This document shows positions 58,121-64,000 of a stretch of DNA of 64,000 nt, one piece after another. Under the pieces are notes generated by a model. The model saw only the letters and a program-made list of their open reading frames with translations. It did no database searches and was not told the origin of the DNA. The DNA comes from Magnetococcales bacterium (lineage in GTDB: Bacteria; Pseudomonadota; Magnetococcia; Magnetococcales; UBA8363). Made by a program: the position numbers and the translations under genes. How positions within the stretch are numbered: position 1 is the first letter of the stretch; every line of letters begins with the position of its first letter. The DNA lies in NCBI GenBank assembly GCA_015232645.1, contig JADFZF010000001.1, positions 12,374-76,373 on the forward strand, given 5' to 3'.

Positions 58121-58551
58121 AATTATAAAATTGGTATTTCTTGCCCCGCTGCGCACGGCGCTAGCGATAGGCGAGAACAATCACAACCAAAACCGTGGCT
58201 TTGCCGCCAACCCCACCGGAACAAGGCGACTCTTTTCCCACACCCCTCCCATTCCTTGGTCGGGGTCATTTGACCCATCGACCCTATTGCGCCTGACCTT
58301 CCAAATCGAATCATCCCAACCCGTCGCGTGCACAGCGGAAAAATAAATAATCAAAACCTTGGGGACCATCCCCGGAAAACTGAACCGGAATGAAGCCCAC
58401 CGGTATTCACAACCATCGCCGACACTAAAAACGTTTACTAACCATTCGCCTCCAGTCATGAAATATCATGGGTACTGAAGATTATTCCTTGACTAAATGC
58501 CGGCGATAGTGTTAGGATTAAAATTTTTTAGAGAACAGAAGCAGGTCACCC

Positions 58552-59724
58552 ATGATCAAAATGCCCCACGTGATCCCAAGTTACTCTCGATTTCCAGTGG
58601 CCTTCATTCGCGGGCAGGGGGTCACCTTGTGGGACGACCAGGGAATGGCGTACCTTGATTTTTTATCTGGGATCGGCGTCAACAATCTGGGACATTGCCA
58701 CCCCAAGGTCGTCGCCGCCATACGTGATCAGGCCCAGAACCTGATCCATACCTGTAATCTCTACCGCATTCCCTTGCAAGAAGAGCTGGCCAGGATTTTA
58801 ACAGAATCATGCTTTGCCGAGCAGGTTTTTTTCTGCAACAGCGGCGCCGAGGCCAATGAAGCGGCCATCAAACTGGCACGCAAAACCATGTTTGAACGCA
58901 AACAAAGCCATCGTTACGAAATCATCACCACAAACGATGGCTTCCATGGTCGCACCCTGGCCACCTTGACCGCAACGGCGCAGGACAAGGTCCAACGCGG
59001 ATACGCCCCGCTGCCCAGCGGATTCAAATATGTCCCCTATAACAACCCGCAAGCCGTGGAACAAGCGGTCGGAGAACATACCGCCGCCATCCTGGTCGAA
59101 CCCATCCAGGGAGAAGCCGGGGTCATCATTCCCGATCCTGACTATCTGACCAACCTGCGCAAAATCGCCGACCGACTCGATCTGCTCCTGATTTACGATG
59201 AAATTCAAACCGGAATGGGACGTACCGGACGCCTTTGGTGCCATCAACATAGCGGTGCCATCCCCGACATTATGACTTCTGCCAAAGCCTTGGCCTCGGG
59301 AGTACCCATCGGAGCCTGCCTGACCACTTCCAAAATTGCAGCCGCTTTCAGCCCAGGCTCTCATGGTTCCACCTTTGGCGGCAATCCCCTGGCCTCGGCC
59401 ACGGCACTTGCCACCCTGGGGGTGATCAACGACGACACCTTCCTGCAATCCGTCGTCGATAAAGGAAATCATCTCCTTGACGGATTAAAAAAGATTGCCT
59501 CCCAGAATAAAATGGTCACCGATGTTCGCGCCTGCGGGTTGATGGCCGGAGTCCAGCTCAACTCCTCTGCCGAAGAGGCGGTCGGAGTATGTCTATCACG
59601 CGGACTTCTGGTCAGCTGCCAAAAAGGGACCACCATTCGGTTGCTGCCACCTCTGATCGTCGAAATCGAAGAAATCGATACGGCCCTGGCCATTCTCGCC
59701 AGTGTCCTCAATGACCTGTTCTGA
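58552..59724 (+). CDS. argD: Acetylornithine aminotransferase
   Basis: 390 aa. Class III aminotransferase motifs DEIQTGMGRTG and PLP-lysine context TSAKALASG. It is followed by argF. Confidence 0.9.
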   Translation: MIKMPHVIPSYSRFPVAFIRGQGVTLWDDQGMAYLDFLSGIGVNNLGHCHPKVVAAIRDQAQNLIHTCNLYRIPLQEELARILTESCFAEQVFFCNSGAEANEAAIKLARKTMFERKQSHRYEIITTNDGFHGRTLATLTATAQDKVQRGYAPLPSGFKYVPYNNPQAVEQAVGEHTAAILVEPIQGEAGVIIPDPDYLTNLRKIADRLDLLLIYDEIQTGMGRTGRLWCHQHSGAIPDIMTSAKALASGVPIGACLTTSKIAAAFSPGSHGSTFGGNPLASATALATLGVINDDTFLQSVVDKGNHLLDGLKKIASQNKMVTDVRACGLMAGVQLNSSAEEAVGVCLSRGLLVSCQKGTTIRLLPPLIVEIEEIDTALAILASVLNDLF

Positions 59725-59726
59725 TC

Positions 59727-60677
59727 ATGACAGTCCATCCTATGAAAAAACGGGATCTCCTATCCCTGGCCGATTTGGATATCAATGAAATCCAAATGTT
59801 GTTCCAACGGGCTGCCGAGCTAAAGCGATCTCTCAAAGAAGGTCGCTCGGCCCGAACTCTGGAAGGACGCACGTTGGGGATGCTGTTTGAAAAACCTTCC
59901 ACACGAACACGGGTTTCCTTTGAGGTGGGAATGTATCAACTGGGAGGTCACGCGCTGTTTCTCTCCTCCAAGGAAATCCAACTCGGTCGGGGTGAAACCA
60001 TCTCCGACAGCGCCAGGGTCCTATCCCGCTATCTCGACGCCCTGATGATCCGCACTTTTGCCCATGAAAATGCCGAAACCCTGGCGCGATTTTCCACCGT
60101 GCCGGTGATCAACGGGTTGTCGGACCATTTTCATCCCTGTCAGATTTTGGCTGATTTGTTTACCTATCAGGAAAAACGGGGACCTTTGACGGGACGCAAG
60201 GTGGCTTTTATCGGCGATGGCAACAACATGGCCCACTCCTGGATCCTCGCCAGTACCAAGGTCGGATGCGACCTAACCCTTGCGTGTCCAATCAATTATG
60301 ATCCCGATCCCCGAGTCCTGAACCTTGCCCAACAACAACGAAAAATATCGGGGGCAGGATCCATCACCCTGACTCGCAATCCCCGGGAAGCGGTGGCCAA
60401 TGCCGACTTGGTCGTTACCGACACATGGATTTCCATGGGACAGGAACAAGAACAACAACGGCGCCTCCGTGCCTTCCACGGCTTCCAGGTCGATCAGAGC
60501 CTCATGCGAGAAGCCAAAAAAGATGCCCTGTTCATGCATTGTCTCCCCGCCCACCGAGAGGAGGAGGTCACCTCGGAGGTCTTGGATGGCGAACAATCCG
60601 TGGTCTGGGACGAGGCTGAAAACCGATTGCATGTCCAGAAAGCCATTCTGGAATGGCTGATCCGCGGACATTGTTGA
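59727..60677 (+). CDS. argF: Ornithine carbamoyltransferase
   Basis: FEKPSTRTRVSFE, HPCQILADL and HCLPAHR motifs; 316 aa. Confidence 0.93.
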   Translation: MTVHPMKKRDLLSLADLDINEIQMLFQRAAELKRSLKEGRSARTLEGRTLGMLFEKPSTRTRVSFEVGMYQLGGHALFLSSKEIQLGRGETISDSARVLSRYLDALMIRTFAHENAETLARFSTVPVINGLSDHFHPCQILADLFTYQEKRGPLTGRKVAFIGDGNNMAHSWILASTKVGCDLTLACPINYDPDPRVLNLAQQQRKISGAGSITLTRNPREAVANADLVVTDTWISMGQEQEQQRRLRAFHGFQVDQSLMREAKKDALFMHCLPAHREEEVTSEVLDGEQSVVWDEAENRLHVQKAILEWLIRGHC

Positions 60678-61044
60678 ATGGGTGCATCCGTGAACGGTCG
60701 TGCTCAATTGGATTGATCCAGGTTGACCCATGCCCCTTGACCAGGAACCGCTCAGAGCTCGCGAGCCCAACCATGGGCTGGATCCAGGAAGGAAACCCGC
60801 CTGTTACCAAACTCTACCCGAATGTTGAATCGGCATCCGCGATTGACAACACGCTCGTGGTTCAACTCCTTCCAGACGCCATCAATCAGCCGGATCCACT
60901 CCACTCTTTTCACCAAGGATTCCCCACATGATCCCGAAACACTATCATCGGTTACCAAGCCTCATATGGTGCTTCACCCGGCGCTGATCATCCACAATTG
61001 GCGACGGTCAAGTGACGTTGCAACTCTTCCCGGGAGCGTAAAAT

Positions 61045-62262
61045 ATGACTGAACGTGTGAATAAAGTCGTTTTAGCCTACTCAGGCGGACTTGATACCTC
61101 CATCATACTGAAATGGTTGCAAGATGTCTATCAATGCGAAGTTGTGACATTTTCCGCCGACCTGGGCCAGGGCGAAGAACTGGAAGAGGCCCGCCTCAAA
61201 GCGGCAAAAAACGGGGTCAAGGAAATCTTCGTTGACGACCTGAAAGAGGAGTTCGTTCGCGATTTTGTCTTTCCAATGTACCGGGCCAATGCCCTCTATG
61301 AGGGGGTTTATCACCTGGGAACCTCCATCGCCCGCCCCCTGATCGCCAAACGACAGATTGAAATTGCCAATCTGACCGGTGCGGATGCGGTCTCCCACGG
61401 CGCCACCGGCAAAGGCAACGACCAGGTTCGCTTTGAACTGGGATACTACGCCTTGAAACCGAATATTCGCGTCATCGCCCCCTGGCGGGAATGGGACCTC
61501 ACTTCACGCGATAAACTTCTGGCCTACGCTGAAGCCCATGGAATTTCCGTACCTCGGGATAAAAAAGGTGAAGCCCCCTACTCCATGGATCGCAATCTGC
61601 TGCATCTGTCTTTTGAGGGCAAAATATTGGAAGATCCTTGGCGGGAACCGGATGACGACATGTATCTCCTGACGGTCGCGCCAGAAAAGGCTCCGGACAA
61701 GGCCACCTACGTGGAACTTGAGTTTGTCAAGGGAGATCCGGTCGCCATCGACGGCGTACCCATGTCCCCAGCCAACCTTCTGACCCGCCTCAACCATCTG
61801 GGAGGGAGCAACGGTATCGGCCGTCTCGACCTGGTGGAAAATCGTTACGTGGGAATGAAATCACGAGGCGTCTACGAAACCCCAGGTGGAACCATCCTGG
61901 GCGTGGCCCATCGGGCCATGGAGTCCCTGACCCTGGATCGTGAAGTGGCTCACCTCAAGGATGAATTGGCCCCCCGTTATGCCGCCCTGATCTACAACGG
62001 TTATTGGTTTTCGCCCGAACGGCAATTGTTGCAAACCATGGTGGACGCCTCCCAAGCCTGGGTCAACGGTGTGGTGCGATTGAAACTTTACAAGGGCAAT
62101 GTCATCGTAGTCGGACGTCGATCGGATATGAGCCTGTTTGATCCAACAATCGCCACCTTTGAAGAAGACAAGGGAGCCTACAATCAGGGAGACGCCAGCG
62201 GCTTTATCAAGCTCAATGCCTTGCGCATGCGCATTGCCGCCAATCTGAGGAAACGCTCATGA
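61045..62262 (+). CDS. argG: Argininosuccinate synthase
   Basis: [12 protein letters not shown]-binding motif; 405 aa. Confidence 0.95.
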   Translation: MTERVNKVVLAYSGGLDTSIILKWLQDVYQCEVVTFSADLGQGEELEEARLKAAKNGVKEIFVDDLKEEFVRDFVFPMYRANALYEGVYHLGTSIARPLIAKRQIEIANLTGADAVSHGATGKGNDQVRFELGYYALKPNIRVIAPWREWDLTSRDKLLAYAEAHGISVPRDKKGEAPYSMDRNLLHLSFEGKILEDPWREPDDDMYLLTVAPEKAPDKATYVELEFVKGDPVAIDGVPMSPANLLTRLNHLGGSNGIGRLDLVENRYVGMKSRGVYETPGGTILGVAHRAMESLTLDREVAHLKDELAPRYAALIYNGYWFSPERQLLQTMVDASQAWVNGVVRLKLYKGNVIVVGRRSDMSLFDPTIATFEEDKGAYNQGDASGFIKLNALRMRIAANLRKRS

Positions 62263-63713
62263 CCCGCACCCCCTCCGCCACCCCAGGAAAACTATGGGGT
62301 GGTCGATTTCGCGAACCTACCAATGCCTTGGTCGAACGGTTTACTGCTTCCATTCATTATGACTGCCGCCTGTTTCGCGAAGATATTCGCGCATCCACGA
62401 TTCACTGTCGCATGTTGGCGCGGCAGGGAATAATCGCCACCTCCGAAGCGGAGCTGATCCTCTCCGGACTCGTCCAGGTCGAAGAGGAATTCGCTACCGG
62501 TCAGATTCCTTTCCGATTGGAGCTGGAAGACATCCACATGCATGTTGAAAGTCGCCTCAAGGAGTTGATCGGACCCGTCGCAGGCAAGTTGCATACGGCC
62601 CGTTCGCGCAACGATCAGGTGGCTACCGATCTCAGGCTTTATCTCCGCGGCCAACTCGACGATTGGATGGATCATTTACACCGTTTGCAGCAAAGCCTGG
62701 TCTCGTTGGCCCAGCATCATGTCGAATCCATCCTGCCGGGCTTGACCCATTTACAAAACGCCCAACCCGTCAGCTTGGCCCATCATCTCCTGGCCTATTT
62801 TGAAATGTTGGGCCGAGACCAGGAACGCTTGCGGGAGTTGCGTCCACGATTGAATCGACTTCCCCTGGGATCGGCAGCGTTGGCGGGAACCCCCTTTCCC
62901 ATCGATCGCGAATGGGTCGCCAAACAACTTGAGTTTGACGGGGTCTGTCCCAATTCCATGGACGCCGTTGCTGACCGAGATTTCGTCCTGGAGCTGGCTT
63001 TTGCCGGCTCCCTGATCATGAATCATCTGTCGCGTTTGTCCGAGGAATTGATCCTTTGGTCATCAAGTCCCTTCGGCTTTGTGGAATTGCCCGATGCCTT
63101 TTGTACCGGATCATCCATCATGCCGCAGAAGAAAAATCCCGATATCCCGGAGTTGGTCCGGGGGAAAAGCGGTCGAGTCACGGGGCATCTCATGTCTTTA
63201 ATCGTCATGATGAAAGGATTACCATTGGCCTACAATCGAGATATGCAGGAAGACAAGGAGGCCATTTTCGACGTGGTGGACACGGTTCAAGGATCATTGC
63301 AGCTATTTGCCGATCTGATACCCGGTCTGAAATTCAACACCGAAAAAATGCTGCAAGCTGCCTCTTCAGGTTTCACGACCGCAACCGATCTGGCCGATTA
63401 CCTGGTCAAAAACGGAATTCCTTTCCGAGAAGCCCATGAAATCACAGGACGGATCGTACGAACATGTCTGGAAAAGGGACTGACTTTAACCTCCATTCCC
63501 TTGGACTCCATGCAAATGGTTGACGGACGTATCGGCGCCGACGTCAAGGAAGTCCTGGCGGTGGAAGCTTCAGTCAACGCTCGTCGCTCTCAAGGTGGAA
63601 CCGCCATGGCTTTGGTACACCAAGCCCTGTCCGCAGCCCAGGCCACCTTGGATACCCATCCTTGCCTACCAAAGGGGGAAGAGTCCATCAAACCAAAGGC
63701 CAAAGTGCCGTGA
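62259..63713 (+). CDS. argH: Argininosuccinate lyase
   Basis: Fumarate-lyase signature [12 protein letters not shown]; 484 aa. It overlaps argG by 4 bp. Confidence 0.95.
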   Translation: MTRTPSATPGKLWGGRFREPTNALVERFTASIHYDCRLFREDIRASTIHCRMLARQGIIATSEAELILSGLVQVEEEFATGQIPFRLELEDIHMHVESRLKELIGPVAGKLHTARSRNDQVATDLRLYLRGQLDDWMDHLHRLQQSLVSLAQHHVESILPGLTHLQNAQPVSLAHHLLAYFEMLGRDQERLRELRPRLNRLPLGSAALAGTPFPIDREWVAKQLEFDGVCPNSMDAVADRDFVLELAFAGSLIMNHLSRLSEELILWSSSPFGFVELPDAFCTGSSIMPQKKNPDIPELVRGKSGRVTGHLMSLIVMMKGLPLAYNRDMQEDKEAIFDVVDTVQGSLQLFADLIPGLKFNTEKMLQAASSGFTTATDLADYLVKNGIPFREAHEITGRIVRTCLEKGLTLTSIPLDSMQMVDGRIGADVKEVLAVEASVNARRSQGGTAMALVHQALSAAQATLDTHPCLPKGEESIKPKAKVP

Positions 63714-64000
63714 CAGGGATTGGGCCTGATCCCGATGGATACCTCATCAACGTCTATCCCATCGCCCCCAAGGCCGTTCCTGATTATCGATGGGCTAACC
63801 CACTCCCTCTATTCGCAATTGGCCGAAAATCGGGAACAGGATGGTCCATCCGCAAACGGCCCCGGAGGATCGAAAATAAACATGCGGTAAGCATGTCATC
63901 TCGCCCGGAAATGGACCTCGTGCATGATTCTTTCAAAAAAGGTTTCGCCACCCCCTCCCCTTGGGGTAGAAAGAGTCCAGACTTTGACCGATTCACCTCA

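Noticed and set aside
57804-58346. Several 63-102-aa ORFs on both strands across the palindromic element
   Set aside because: They overlap one another inside an inverted-repeat structure. Their translations are low-complexity (K/R/P/G-rich) and they have no start context.

Overview
This is a 64-kb chromosomal window from a Gram-negative, proteobacterial-type genome. All calls come from reading the supplied ORF translations and the raw sequence by eye; no searches or computations were run. By spot counts, housekeeping genes are roughly 55-62% GC.

Most of the window is core metabolism and translation:
- the 3' end of argB, then tyrS, anmK, a TauE-type exporter and a plant-type gshA
- modE-modABC
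- guaA
- a minus-strand run carA-carB-greA-rlmE-guaB, with 4-bp overlaps at greA/rlmE and rlmE/guaB
- a plus-strand run ugd-pmm-pyrD-ispH-(DUF3108-like)-kdsB-PilZ
- a tusA/dsrE-like pair
- argD-argF-argG-argH

Four accessory regions stand out.
1. A visibly low-GC island (about 4.99-11.83 kb) lies between gshA and modE. It carries a three-gene minus-strand operon: a TIR-domain protein, a 922-aa protein that looks like a STAND NTPase whose P-loop has eroded, and a 799-aa protein built from about five tandem SPFH/Band-7-like modules plus a coiled coil. All three proteins share a short N-proximal motif, N-[IV]-I-[QR]-[RK]. I consider this the best candidate for an undescribed immune or conflict system.
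2. Seven co-directional minus-strand genes occupy 15.4-27.1 kb. They comprise an exported TPR/Sel1-CHAT (caspase-like) protein, a FecR-like periplasmic protein and a CHASE2 adenylate/guanylate cyclase, followed after 22 nt by a DegT aminotransferase, a SPASM/twitch radical SAM enzyme, a SAM methyltransferase and a B12-radical SAM enzyme.
3. A low-GC GT2 + GT-C glycosylation pair sits next to a porin gene.
4. Several structured non-coding elements are present: a 300-bp palindromic MITE-like element, a 25-bp perfect tandem duplication that forms alternative hairpins, and a 23-bp tandem repeat.

I found no rRNA, tRNA, CRISPR array, integrase or transposase. Many long ORFs in the track are antisense shadows of GC-rich genes and were rejected.
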